A program made the position numbers and the translations under genes. Below, in pieces: positions 1 to 9,104 of a stretch of DNA of 64,000 nucleotides. The DNA comes from Leptolyngbyaceae cyanobacterium (GTDB lineage: Bacteria; Cyanobacteriota; Cyanobacteriia; Phormidesmidales; Phormidesmidaceae): contig CBDHHL010000056.1 in NCBI GenBank assembly GCA_965263355.1, positions 704,001 to 768,000 of the forward strand, written 5' to 3'. Under the pieces are notes generated by a model. That model searched no databases. It saw nothing but the letters and a program-made list of their open reading frames with translations, and was not told the DNA's origin. Position 1 is the first letter of the stretch, and each line of letters starts with the position of its first letter.

Positions 1-1284
1 GAAGATCTACAAAAGGCACGTCTGATGGTGTCCTTTGATGGCGGTGAGGCCATTGAACTGTTCCAGTGGACCTCCACCCCTGCCGATGCCACCTTCAAAC
101 CCGATGCCACCAATGAGCGGGTCATCGTGGATCTAAACAATCCAGAAGGAGCCACCAATGCCGTCCTCACCTTTGAGGTATTCGATGGCGGTAACGACTG
201 GTGGTGGGCTATAGACAATATCTCTGTCGATGCCCTGCCAGTTGAACAAGAGAGCATCATTCTCTTCACCGAAGACTTTGAAAGCCTGGAGCCTGTCCTG
301 GGTCCCCTCGTCAGTCCTAGTGAGAGCGGTGGAGACGGCACCGACTTCACTGCCACCCTACCCGAGGGTTGGAGTCAAACCAACGACACCCCCACTGGTG
401 GCCCCGAAGAATTCTTTGGCTGGACCTTCTTTGATTTCAACTCCTGGGTAACCACTGCCGGTGACCAGGACCGGAGTCAGTTTACCAATGCCTCTGGTGT
501 AATCGCAGTGGCTGACCCAGATGAGTATGACGACGGCGACATCAGTATTGATCCCGATCAGTTCCAGGCTGTTATTACGACTCCTGACATTGACCTGATG
601 GAGTCTGCTGCTGGCACCGTAGAAGTCACCTTTGACTCCAGCTGGCGACCTGAAGATCTGCAAAAGGCCCGCTTGATGGTGTCCTTTGACGGTGCCGAGG
701 CCATCGAAATCTTCCAGTGGACCTCTACCCCCACCGATGCCACCTTTAAGCCAGATGCGGCCAATGAGAACCTCACGTTTGCCCTCGACAATCCAGAAGG
801 AGCCAGTACCGCTGTTCTCTCCTTTGAAGTGTTTGACGGTGGCAACGACTGGTGGTGGGCTATCGACAACATTGTGGTAAGTGCGACAACAGAACCAATC
901 GACCCAGTTGTTCCAGTAGAGCCTGTTCCACCCACTACTTTGGTAGGCGTCGCCTCCTTTGTTACGGTCGGTGAAACAGGTGATGATATCTTAGTTGGCG
1001 ATGTTGCTAGCAATATTGTTGCCAGTGGTCTAGGGGACGACATCATTACCGGTGGTAATGGTAGTGATACCTTTATTCTGGCCATCGGTGACGGCACTGA
1101 CACCATTGTTGACTTTGAAGTGGGCACTGACCTGATTGGGTTAACCGATGGGCTGACCTTTGAGCAGTTGTCTTTTGGTCAGCGTACCAATGCTGCTGTG
1201 ATCAGCGTTGGTGATGAGGATTTAGCATTGCTTAACGGCGTTGCTGCCTCAGCCTTAACTGAGAGCGTCTTTACTGTAGTCTAA
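1..1284 (+). CDS. C-terminal part of a large secreted, acidic repeat protein (repeated DGGNDWWWAIDN domain plus RTX/haemolysin-type Ca-binding tail); 5' end outside window
   Basis: Frame is open from the window edge. A domain repeats with a 651-nt period (MVSFDG...WWWAIDN twice). C-terminal GxGDDxxxGGxGxD nonapeptide and DFEVGTDLIGL motif typical of cyanobacterial RTX tails. Confidence 0.75.
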   Translation, partial: EDLQKARLMVSFDGGEAIELFQWTSTPADATFKPDATNERVIVDLNNPEGATNAVLTFEVFDGGNDWWWAIDNISVDALPVEQESIILFTEDFESLEPVLGPLVSPSESGGDGTDFTATLPEGWSQTNDTPTGGPEEFFGWTFFDFNSWVTTAGDQDRSQFTNASGVIAVADPDEYDDGDISIDPDQFQAVITTPDIDLMESAAGTVEVTFDSSWRPEDLQKARLMVSFDGAEAIEIFQWTSTPTDATFKPDAANENLTFALDNPEGASTAVLSFEVFDGGNDWWWAIDNIVVSATTEPIDPVVPVEPVPPTTLVGVASFVTVGETGDDILVGDVASNIVASGLGDDIITGGNGSDTFILAIGDGTDTIVDFEVGTDLIGLTDGLTFEQLSFGQRTNAAVISVGDEDLALLNGVAASALTESVFTVV

Positions 1285-1332
1285 TCGCTTGTAAAAAGTG
1301 GGCCTAATCATAGGTCCATCTTTATTCTCAAC

Positions 1333-1369
1333 AACGCGCAACGAAAACTAGTTCGTTGCGCGTTTTTTT
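1333..1369 (+). terminator. Rho-independent terminator
   Basis: Perfect 13-bp stem AACGCGCAACGAA/TTCGTTGCGCGTT followed by a T-run, about 50 bp after the stop at 1284. Confidence 0.85.
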
Positions 1370-1505
1370 GAACGGTCCGGAAACGAAAACCCATCCAAAC
1401 AATTCCTATTCGGATATGATCGCGAACTTGATCCAGGAGTTTTCTAGGACGCGTTTCCATTGATGATGTGTACAGAACGTATGTATCATTTTTTTTGTAG
1501 ATACA

Positions 1506-1928
1506 GTGCTTTTCTCTCTAAAACTATTCAATGAGGTTGAGGGATTGAGGATGGAAATTACTTCGGAACGTACTATAAAACCACAGCGAAAAGCTATCCG
1601 TCCCGATATAAGTATTTGGAGAGAAGATACTTTACTAGCTGCTATTGAATGTAAAACTCAACTTGGATGGAAACGACACACCTGGGAAGCTGAGTTTAAT
1701 GAGCGTGAAAAAAAGCTTAAAGAAGCTTTTCCTACAGCTAAGTTGTTTTTGCTAGTAATGACAACCTGTAACTGGACAGGCTTCAAAAAAGATGATCCAA
1801 GATTAGGTACGCAATTATTCTGTCTGCTTAAAGACTTATGGCCGACACAGGTGTCTGAGAAAAACTTTAACCCATCGATTATAGAAACTCCGATTGAGGG
1901 ACTGTTAAAGCAAATTAAGCAATTGTGA
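1506..1928 (+). CDS. PD-(D/E)xK nuclease-like hypothetical protein, probably 5'-truncated cassette gene
   Basis: RPDISIW...AIECKTQLG motif; AT-rich; weak start. Confidence 0.45.
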   Translation: MLFSLKLFNEVEGLRMEITSERTIKPQRKAIRPDISIWREDTLLAAIECKTQLGWKRHTWEAEFNEREKKLKEAFPTAKLFLLVMTTCNWTGFKKDDPRLGTQLFCLLKDLWPTQVSEKNFNPSIIETPIEGLLKQIKQL

Positions 1929-2041
1929 ACACCTGTAGCCGTTGCAGGATATATACTGAGATGTGAGGGGTTATGCTAACGTCCGATCATCCATATATTT
2001 GGGGCCTATGACTGCTTTAGGTCAAGAAATTCTTAATAATT

Positions 2042-2308
2042 TTGAGAAGCTGCCTAATACTGAGCATAGTAGCGGTACCAGTACCTATTGTTGGTCCAGC
2101 AATAGGTGCAACAGTTGGTGCAGGAATTGGCGTATATAAAAATCTTACTAAGCCAGGACAATCACCACAAGTTACTGAAACTCAAAAAGAAAAAGTTGAT
2201 ATTTATGGTGAAATGCTCAAACTTGAGGACTTAAAGCAAAAGGGAATCCTGACCGAAGAGGAATTTATGGATATGAAAAAGCGACTCCTCAGCGATAGTC
2301 AATCTTAA
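2042..2308 (+). CDS. SHOCT-domain protein (probably 5'-truncated)
   Basis: C-terminal LKLEDLKQKGILTEEEFMDMKKRLL matches the SHOCT consensus. Confidence 0.6.
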   Translation: MRSCLILSIVAVPVPIVGPAIGATVGAGIGVYKNLTKPGQSPQVTETQKEKVDIYGEMLKLEDLKQKGILTEEEFMDMKKRLLSDSQS

Positions 2309-2540
2309 TTTTAAACAGTAGAAACACATTTGGCATACCTGACTACTCAGACCTGGTTAGGGCACTCAACCTATACACGACTGAACACGTTTTATTTGTC
2401 CTAATCAAATTCCACAGGGTTCAGATGACACTCTAATCTCTCTGTGGGGACACTACAAATCCTGAGCTGATCCAATTGACTTGTTTAGCCAGCCAATTAG
2501 ACATTTGCTACTATTGTAAAGTGATAAATTCGCTTGGCTG

Positions 2541-2873
2541 ATGACTCTAGCAATTGCCCTTGAACCTGCACCTATAGAGACGGATATCCATGGGGTTGTA
2601 CGAGTTGCTAAAACTCGTGTCACCTTGGATACCGTTGTAACGGCTTTTCTTGAAGGATGTACATCTGAAGAAATAGGTGAGCAATATACATCGCTAGAGC
2701 TATCAGATATTTATCTAGTTATTGGTTACTACCTCAGACATCGGGATGAGGTGAATGCTTACTTGGCAGAGCGGCAACGTCAGGCGGATGCGATTCGGCA
2801 GGAAGCCGAACAACGGTTTAATCCAGTTGGAATCCGTGAACGTTTGCTTTCTAGACAGAGTCAGGTCAGGTAG
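2541..2873 (+). CDS. DUF433-family antitoxin
   Basis: GVVRVAKTRVTLDTVV...G.TSEEI..QY..LELSDIY.VI.YYL motif; paired with the downstream PIN-like gene. Confidence 0.85.
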   Translation: MTLAIALEPAPIETDIHGVVRVAKTRVTLDTVVTAFLEGCTSEEIGEQYTSLELSDIYLVIGYYLRHRDEVNAYLAERQRQADAIRQEAEQRFNPVGIRERLLSRQSQVR

Positions 2874-2879
2874 CCAAAA

Positions 2880-3233
2880 ATGATTAAGTTTCTGGCTGAC
2901 GAAAATTTTAACAACCAGATTGTAAGAGGCGTCCTTCGTCAAAATCCAGATATTGATATTGTACGTGTTCAAGATGTCGGCTTGAAAGGGGCAGATGACC
3001 CGGATGTGTTATCTTGGGCTGCTCAAGAGAAACGGATTGTGTTAACCCATGATGTTGCTACGATGATAACGTTTGCTTACGAACGGATTCAAGCAGGTTT
3101 ACCAATGCCTGGATTATTTGAAGTTAAGCGACGTGTTCCGGTAGGATTAGTTATAGAAGAGATTCTTTTAATTGCAGAGTGTAGCCTTGATGGGGAGTGG
3201 GAAGGGCAGGTAAGATTCTTACCTCTCAAATGA
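2880..3233 (+). CDS. DUF5615/PIN-like toxin
   Basis: FLADENF...GADDPDVLSWA...RIVLTHD motif; operonic with DUF433. Confidence 0.85.
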   Translation: MIKFLADENFNNQIVRGVLRQNPDIDIVRVQDVGLKGADDPDVLSWAAQEKRIVLTHDVATMITFAYERIQAGLPMPGLFEVKRRVPVGLVIEEILLIAECSLDGEWEGQVRFLPLK

Positions 3234-3250
3234 TCAGGCTATCGGTCGCC

Positions 3251-3333
3251 GTCTAACATAACGCAGGAGCGGACTGAACTTAAGTATCGGCTAATCTGAA
3301 AGATGCTGGCAGGCGCTCAGCTTCACGTTCGGC
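3251..3333 (+). other. attC-like integron cassette recombination site
   Basis: R'' GTCTAAC, left arm GGAGCGGAC, right arm GCGCTCAGCTTCAC, R' GTTCGGC; 83 bp. R'' is complementary to TTAGAC (2497-2502) upstream of the TA pair. Confidence 0.7.
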
Positions 3334-3740
3334 TGCAATCGAGAAAAGAGAGTTTGCCAAGGGCCAGATCGGTGGTGGAGCAATCGCCCGTTGGTCAGTT
3401 GAGCATAATTCAGGTGTCCCAACTCGCGCTAGGTCCCATAAAGTTGTCGTCGATAGCGTCAGCATACATCTTGTCAACGACTGGCCAAGCCTCAAAAGTT
3501 CCACCAGCTATCGGCGGTCGCTTGCCTCAATATTGCGATCGCCAATCGCATTAACGACGAGTGCGCTCGGTAGGTGTGCGGGGTCTGCCAAGTGGCCAAG
3601 ATTAGGTTCTGTCAACGGTTGGTCAGTGGCCAAGGTCCCAATGGATATCGGTGGATCGCCCAGGGTAAATGGTTTTTAGCGGTTGGAGAGTGGGATGGGT
3701 GCGGGTTGAGATCGTGTCAGCCCCCGCCGGAAGTTTTGCC

Positions 3741-3827
3741 CCCGAACACTGCGTTGGAGTGGTCTGAGCGAGAAATATCGGATAAAATTAAAAAGTGTTG
3801 TACAGCTGCTCAGCTCCACCGTTCGGT
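3741..3827 (+). other. attC-like site
   Basis: R'' CCCGAAC ... TTGGAGTGG ... CTGCTCAGCTCCACC, R' GTTCGGT; 87 bp. R'' matches the complement of the preceding R' GTTCGGC at 6/7 positions. Confidence 0.7.
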
Positions 3828-4006
3828 AGTAGTTATAGCGTTTTTTTAGTTTTCTATAATTGAGCCACTGTCAGACAGCCTGGAGTGGTCTGAGCGAGAA
3901 ATATCGGATAAAATTAAAAAGTGTTGTACAGCTGCTCAGCTCCACCGTTCGGTAGTAGTTATAGCGTTTTTTTAGTTTTCTATAATTGAGCCACTGTCAG
4001 ACAGCC
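3755..4006. repeat. Exact 126-bp tandem duplication including most of the attC
   Basis: 3755-3880 is identical to 3881-4006. Confidence 0.9.
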
Positions 4007-4042
4007 TATAATCTATGAATAGAACGACTTTGGTATAGAGAT

Positions 4043-4690
4043 ATGATCGCGATCGCGCCTATCAAATCGTTACCAGATGGCTCAGTGGCAACTATCCCAA
4101 TGAGCTGGGCAGAGTACCAGCAACTGGTTGCTAACCGAGGAGATCGCAGTACTCCGCGCCTTAAATATGCTAACGGATACCTGACCCTCAAGATGCCAAC
4201 CTTCGAGCACGGCCAGCTAGATGCCATTGTTGCTGATTTAATTGTTGCTATTCTCAACCAACAGCTGCGCGATTACGTTCGAACGACGCCCGTCACCCTA
4301 CAAATTCCCGAACAGGCAGGCATTGAACCCGACCATTGTTTTTGGCTCAGCAACATTGAACCCGACCATTGTTTTTGGCTCAGCAACTGGTCCGCTGTAA
4401 GCGGCAAAAGTCGAATTGACTTGGCAACTGATCCGCCCCCCGATATTGCAGTTGAAGTAGATGTGACTAACTTCACGAATATCGCAGATTACGAACTTTT
4501 TAAGGTTCCTGAAGTATGGCTAATTCGAGGGGATGTTCTAACAATCTTTATTCTAGCGTCTGGGGGGTACACTCAAACAGAGTCTAGTCAGTTTTTCCCT
4601 GATATTGCTATACCGAAACTCTATCAGCAGGTGATTTCAGCAGTTGCCGAAGGTGCTAGTCCTCCTAGAGCAATTCGATCAATTGTCTAA
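4043..4690 (+). CDS. Uma2 (DUF820) family endonuclease, with in-frame 33-bp duplication
   Basis: MPTFEH, GIEPD.CF, PPPDIAVEVD, VPEVW motifs; IEPDHCFWLSN duplicated (4321-4386). Confidence 0.85.
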   Translation: MIAIAPIKSLPDGSVATIPMSWAEYQQLVANRGDRSTPRLKYANGYLTLKMPTFEHGQLDAIVADLIVAILNQQLRDYVRTTPVTLQIPEQAGIEPDHCFWLSNIEPDHCFWLSNWSAVSGKSRIDLATDPPPDIAVEVDVTNFTNIADYELFKVPEVWLIRGDVLTIFILASGGYTQTESSQFFPDIAIPKLYQQVISAVAEGASPPRAIRSIV

Positions 4691-4774
4691 ATCGCTAGGA
4701 CAACGGATACAAAGCGCCACCAATGCACTATCAAAACAGCTTATGCATTCTTGAAACAAGCCGATCGCTGCCTA

Positions 4775-4950
4775 ATCGGGATAGGGAGAATCCTCACGAA
4801 TCCCCCCTCCCACACCACCCGGCATGCGGGTCCGCACCGGGCGGTTCAGTATCACGGAGCAAACACTAACCTGCGTCATCAAACGTAGCCTTGGGCTTTC
4901 ATCCACAAATCTCGTATCGACAACAATCCCTGTTGTGCTAACCACTCATT
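4775..4950 (-). mobile_element. 3' remnant of a group IIC (attC-targeting) intron: IEP C-terminus, domain V, domain VI
   Basis: Minus strand reads GAACCGCCCGGTGCGGACCCGCATGCCGGGTGGTG (short class-C domain V), then a domain VI ending ...CCCTATCCCGAT, then 3' exon TAGGC, the complement of an attC R'' (GCCTA). Upstream peptide NEWLAQQGLLSIRDLW resembles IIC maturase C-termini. Confidence 0.8.
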
Positions 4951-5139
4951 GGCAAGGTCAGCCACATAGCTTTCGACTGGCCCAGCCTGCGGCAATGCTG
5001 CAAGGGTTTGTTCGACTGCTTCTAGCTTTGCGGCGTTCCGTCCGTGAATCAAAACAGTATGGCCCTGGGAAACGAGCAGATTGGCGGTTTCCAAACCGAT
5101 GCCGTCCGTCGTGCCTATGAGCAGAATGGTTTTTGACAT
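4951..5139 (-). pseudogene. N-terminal fragment of an SDR oxidoreductase, fused in frame to the intron remnant
   Basis: KTILLIGTTDGIGLETA...HGRN...ADL Rossmann start; similarity stops after about 63 aa. Confidence 0.75.
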
Positions 5140-5238
5140 TGTCCTGGGTTCCTGGACTTACTGAATCGAGAAGCTGATTGTGAATGGCGTTGAAATGATA
5201 TGGCTTTCTAGCCCTAAAATCGCCTGAGACACGATCTA

Positions 5239-6432
5239 TCATTCTTGGATTTTCAGTTTTGCTTCAGAATTATTAGCAACGCTTAACCTAAATGATAGAC
5301 AAGCAATTAATAAGATCAATGCAAAAATTGGCTGATAAGGTAAAAATGCGCTCAAGCCAATCAATACAGCAAAAAAGAGTAAGCAGGAACTATGCACATC
5401 ATTTAATTGATAGCGATCTCGTACTAACCATAAACCGAGCACGTATAAAGCTAGAGGAATTGTAACTGCCCAAGCTGCAGCTTCTGGTGAAAGGTGCTGT
5501 CCTTCAAGCTGTTTCGTACTCATGAGTTCTGCCATTAAGCTTAAGCCAGCCCCAGTCGCTGCTCCAGATGAAAATACGACAAAATGACCATACGCCCAAA
5601 CAAAAGTACGTTTATTTTCTATACTTTCCAAATGCTCTTCTTCACAAAAATAAAGCCACCACATCGTGAAAGTAATCGCGGCAGCGGCGATCGCTAGAAC
5701 CATTAGAGAAAGATTAAAACTACCACTAATAGATGCTTCGACAGAATGAACGCTGCTAAGCAAAATTTCCCCTAAAACAATAATATTCAGCAAACCAAAG
5801 CGTTCAATAACATGATGACGATGCCAAGGAGTATTTCGTGCTTGCTCCGCGAACCATGGAAGATAGAGTTCTGCAACAATAGCAATCGCTACTGAAACAA
5901 TAAACATCATGCTCCAAGGCTCTACCATAAAGACAATGTAGGCCCAGAAACTCTGGATTAATATTTGTCCTATGACATTCCTTTGCACGGTAACTTTTAG
6001 TTGAGGATTCTTGTCTTTAATTCTTAGCCATAAAACAACAGCGGCACTTCGCAAAATCACATAGCCAATAAATCCATAGATGATTGCTCCACCCTGGAAA
6101 ATAGTAGGAATACTGGCCGCTACCAACATGATTCCACTCATCATTACCATTACACTGATACGATAAGCAGCATCATCGTTATCAAAGCCACTGGCAAACC
6201 AGGTAAACAAGTTCCAAGGCCACCACAAAATAAAGAAGGCTAGGAGGAATTTGATAATTCCCATGAAAAAGTGACCTTCAATTAATTCATGAGTCAATCC
6301 ATGGGCTGAAGTTGCGATCGCGATTACGACTACTAAATCAAAAAGTAGTTCTAGTTGAGTAGCAGCGCGATGAGGTTCATGGGGATCTCGAGCTACAAGA
6401 GAAGCGAAATAATTTTTCTTGGGTAAAGGCAT
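5239..6432 (-). CDS. Low temperature requirement protein A family membrane protein
   Basis: HRAATQLELLFDLVVV, HHVIERFGLLNIIVLGE and WAYGH motifs; multi-TM. Confidence 0.85.
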   Translation of the reverse strand: MPLPKKNYFASLVARDPHEPHRAATQLELLFDLVVVIAIATSAHGLTHELIEGHFFMGIIKFLLAFFILWWPWNLFTWFASGFDNDDAAYRISVMVMMSGIMLVAASIPTIFQGGAIIYGFIGYVILRSAAVVLWLRIKDKNPQLKVTVQRNVIGQILIQSFWAYIVFMVEPWSMMFIVSVAIAIVAELYLPWFAEQARNTPWHRHHVIERFGLLNIIVLGEILLSSVHSVEASISGSFNLSLMVLAIAAAAITFTMWWLYFCEEEHLESIENKRTFVWAYGHFVVFSSGAATGAGLSLMAELMSTKQLEGQHLSPEAAAWAVTIPLALYVLGLWLVRDRYQLNDVHSSCLLFFAVLIGLSAFLPYQPIFALILLIACLSFRLSVANNSEAKLKIQE

Positions 6433-6667
6433 AGGTTCTTACAGCTAGAGCATCAAAATTAAAAATGATAAAAGTACCTAGGACCCTGCGATTAAAATTA
6501 TTTTTGACATGGTTTTAACAGCCTCAATTAATAAAATCAGTTTCCATTTTTTTTAGGCAGTCTGGGTCACTTCATAGAGAGTGAAGTCTTCGACTACAAC
6601 CAAAGTAGCTCTTCGAGAAAAACCATGGCTTCTAACGTTGGAGCGGTTTATGATTATCTTCCTACTG

Positions 6668-7072
6668 TTAATTGTCAATGAACACTTGCTTCACATGAAG
6701 CGTGTCCAAATATTCTCGAATCGAAGTAATCTTGCCGTTGGAGAGAATCACTAAGAAGTGATAGAAATTGTTATAAACAATTCCATTACGCTTCACAGCA
6801 TATGACTCCATTTCGAGCGCCACGCGATCGCCTTCGGCAGTCCAACCAGTTGGCGTTAACCGCATTCCATCTGGGAAAGCTGCCTTAACATTTTCAATCA
6901 GCCCACCGATCGCTGACTTGTCCATTTCACCGGACATAGGCAAGCCACCTTCGCGCCCCATGGCTCGCCAAATGATCGCATCATCGAGCAATTCGAGAGT
7001 TCCTCCGACATCTGCCGCAGAAAATCGCTCAAAAAACTTGCCGACAATTTGTTTGTTTTGCTCAGTATTCAC
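6668..7072 (-). CDS. SnoaL-like / NTF2 family protein
   Basis: AEGDRVALE...YNNFYHF...GKI..IREYLDT motif. Confidence 0.8.
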   Translation of the reverse strand: MNTEQNKQIVGKFFERFSAADVGGTLELLDDAIIWRAMGREGGLPMSGEMDKSAIGGLIENVKAAFPDGMRLTPTGWTAEGDRVALEMESYAVKRNGIVYNNFYHFLVILSNGKITSIREYLDTLHVKQVFIDN

Positions 7073-7917
7073 TAGTTTATTTCCTGAACTTTCATCACCA
7101 AATCATTCCAGTTCCGCTGGTTCTCCATGTCATGCTCCATACCTTTCTCATCAGCAATGGTAAAACGCTTAACGGCAGCGGTTTTGCTGGTTGCTTGATA
7201 GAGCCAGTAAGCTTCCGCCTTGAGAGCTTCATCAATGGGCTTGTCAATGGACTCATAAACCATCTGTTTACAGGCATTGATAGACTCTGCCGGGAATTTA
7301 GCAATACGATTGGCTAGCTCGTCAACGTAGGGACCGATCTCATCGGGGTCGAGTGCTTTATTGATTGTGCCGTATGCTTCAGCTTCATCCGCAGTAAAGT
7401 CACGGGCGCTGAGGATAATTTCCAATGCCCGACCCAGACCGACCTGACGCGCCATACGGGATGCACCACCGCCACAGGGCAAGATGCCCATACCGACTTC
7501 CATCTGCATAAACTTAAATTTCCCCCGTGCCGCAAAACGCATATCACAAGCGAGTGCAAATTCATGACCACCACCGCGTGCAAAGCCTTCGAGTTTAGCA
7601 ATGGTGGCTTGTGGCAACTTGCTGATGCGTTCTAAAACAGATTGCAGATCCAGCAATTTAGCTTCTTCGCGGGAGACGGCTTCCATCGACATATCCTTCA
7701 ACAAATTTGTGTCGTAGTGGCAAACCCAGATTTCTGGATGGGCTGACTGGAAAACAACGACTTTGACTTCGCGATCGCGTTCTAGCCTTAACGCAAGGCT
7801 ATTTAGATCAGCCAGCATTTCCTGCCCCTGAACATTAACCGGGGGATAGTCGAAGGTGACCCAGGCAATCGCATTTTCAACCGTAACCTTGCAGGTTGTG
7901 AAGTTTTCGTACGGCAT
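7072..7917 (-). CDS. Enoyl-CoA hydratase/isomerase family protein
   Basis: IAKLEGFARGGGHEFALACDMRFA; EVGMGILPCGGG. Confidence 0.9.
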   Translation of the reverse strand: MPYENFTTCKVTVENAIAWVTFDYPPVNVQGQEMLADLNSLALRLERDREVKVVVFQSAHPEIWVCHYDTNLLKDMSMEAVSREEAKLLDLQSVLERISKLPQATIAKLEGFARGGGHEFALACDMRFAARGKFKFMQMEVGMGILPCGGGASRMARQVGLGRALEIILSARDFTADEAEAYGTINKALDPDEIGPYVDELANRIAKFPAESINACKQMVYESIDKPIDEALKAEAYWLYQATSKTAAVKRFTIADEKGMEHDMENQRNWNDLVMKVQEIN

Positions 7918-8010
7918 TTTGTATCTCCTAATTTTTGACTAGAGAAATCCTATCTGGCATATCGATGCCAATACAGGGACTTGTTGTTTTTAGCTGGCTA
8001 GACAACTAAA

Positions 8011-9000
8011 TCAATTCTCAATGACGACCTTGCCCATGGCCTTTCGGCTTTCCAAACGAGCATAGGCCTGTCCCGCTTCTTCCAACCCATAGCGTTCTTC
8101 ATCCAGCACGGGCTTGAGTCCACCCGACTCGACAATCTCAGCTAAGCGGCCCAGGATTTCCGCGTGTTGTTCCCGCTTAAAGTTGTGCAGCATCGGAATG
8201 AGCATAAACACAACATGCAATGACAAGCCTTTGAAGTGAGCCAAGGTCAAATCCAGTTCGCACAGCGACACCGTGGATGCCACTTGACCATTCAGGGCAG
8301 CCGCTTCAAATGAATTGAGCATATTTGCACCACCAACAGAATCGAACACCAGATCAAAACCGGTCCCAGCGGTGTGCTTCGCAACGTACTGTTCAACCGA
8401 TTCCGTTTTGTAATTGATGCCAGTGGCACCCAGCTGTTCGATCAGGGCCAACTGTTTGTCGCCACCGCCCGTGGAATAGACATCAGCGCCAAAGTGCTTT
8501 GCCAGTTGTAAAGCAACATGGCCCACCCCGCCAGAACCACCATGAACCAGAACTTTCTGGCCTGCCTTGATGCCCGCACGGGTTAGACCTTCATAGGCCG
8601 TAATCGCCACGAGCGGCAAAGCAGCAGCTTCACGCATCGACAGGTTTTTCGGCTTATGAGCAACTAGATTGGCATCCGCCACAATGTAGTCCGCCAAGGT
8701 GCCTGGCAAGTCAGCCAGTCCCCCAGCACAGCCATAAACCTCATCCCCCGCAGCATAGGTTGACACGCCCTCGCCGACGGCCTCGACTGTTCCGGCAAAG
8801 TCCATGCCGAGAATTGCAGGCGTGTCGGGTGAAAGGGGCAACTCTTTTCCCATCTTACGAATCATCGTATCGACCGTATTCACGCTCGATGCCGCGATCT
8901 TGATGAGGACATGGCCTGGTTTGACCTGGGGTTTTTCGATATCTACAAGTTCAAACTTGGCGTCCTCGCCATACGAGCTTAAGAGCATTGCTTTCATCAC
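8011..9000 (-). CDS. MDR/zinc-binding dehydrogenase family (quinone oxidoreductase-like)
   Basis: SVNTVD, LGMDFAG, VLVHGGSGGVGH motifs. Confidence 0.9.
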   Translation of the reverse strand: MMKAMLLSSYGEDAKFELVDIEKPQVKPGHVLIKIAASSVNTVDTMIRKMGKELPLSPDTPAILGMDFAGTVEAVGEGVSTYAAGDEVYGCAGGLADLPGTLADYIVADANLVAHKPKNLSMREAAALPLVAITAYEGLTRAGIKAGQKVLVHGGSGGVGHVALQLAKHFGADVYSTGGGDKQLALIEQLGATGINYKTESVEQYVAKHTAGTGFDLVFDSVGGANMLNSFEAAALNGQVASTVSLCELDLTLAHFKGLSLHVVFMLIPMLHNFKREQHAEILGRLAEIVESGGLKPVLDEERYGLEEAGQAYARLESRKAMGKVVIEN

Positions 9001-9104
9001 TTCACCTCCACAGGAGTCGTCTAACCATTGCTTTGATAGTAATTTTTTGAATAGAAAAGATAAATAGGCTTTTAGCGAAATGATAATTCGGATATTTTTG
9101 ATAA

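Noticed and set aside
3280..3849. ORFs 3280-3504, 3303-3554 and 3574-3849
   Set aside because: They overlap attC sites and have no protein-like motifs.
6630..6672. attC-like site downstream of the SnoaL gene (minus strand, AATTAAC...GTTAGAA)
   Set aside because: Too short and lacks paired L boxes; at best a remnant.
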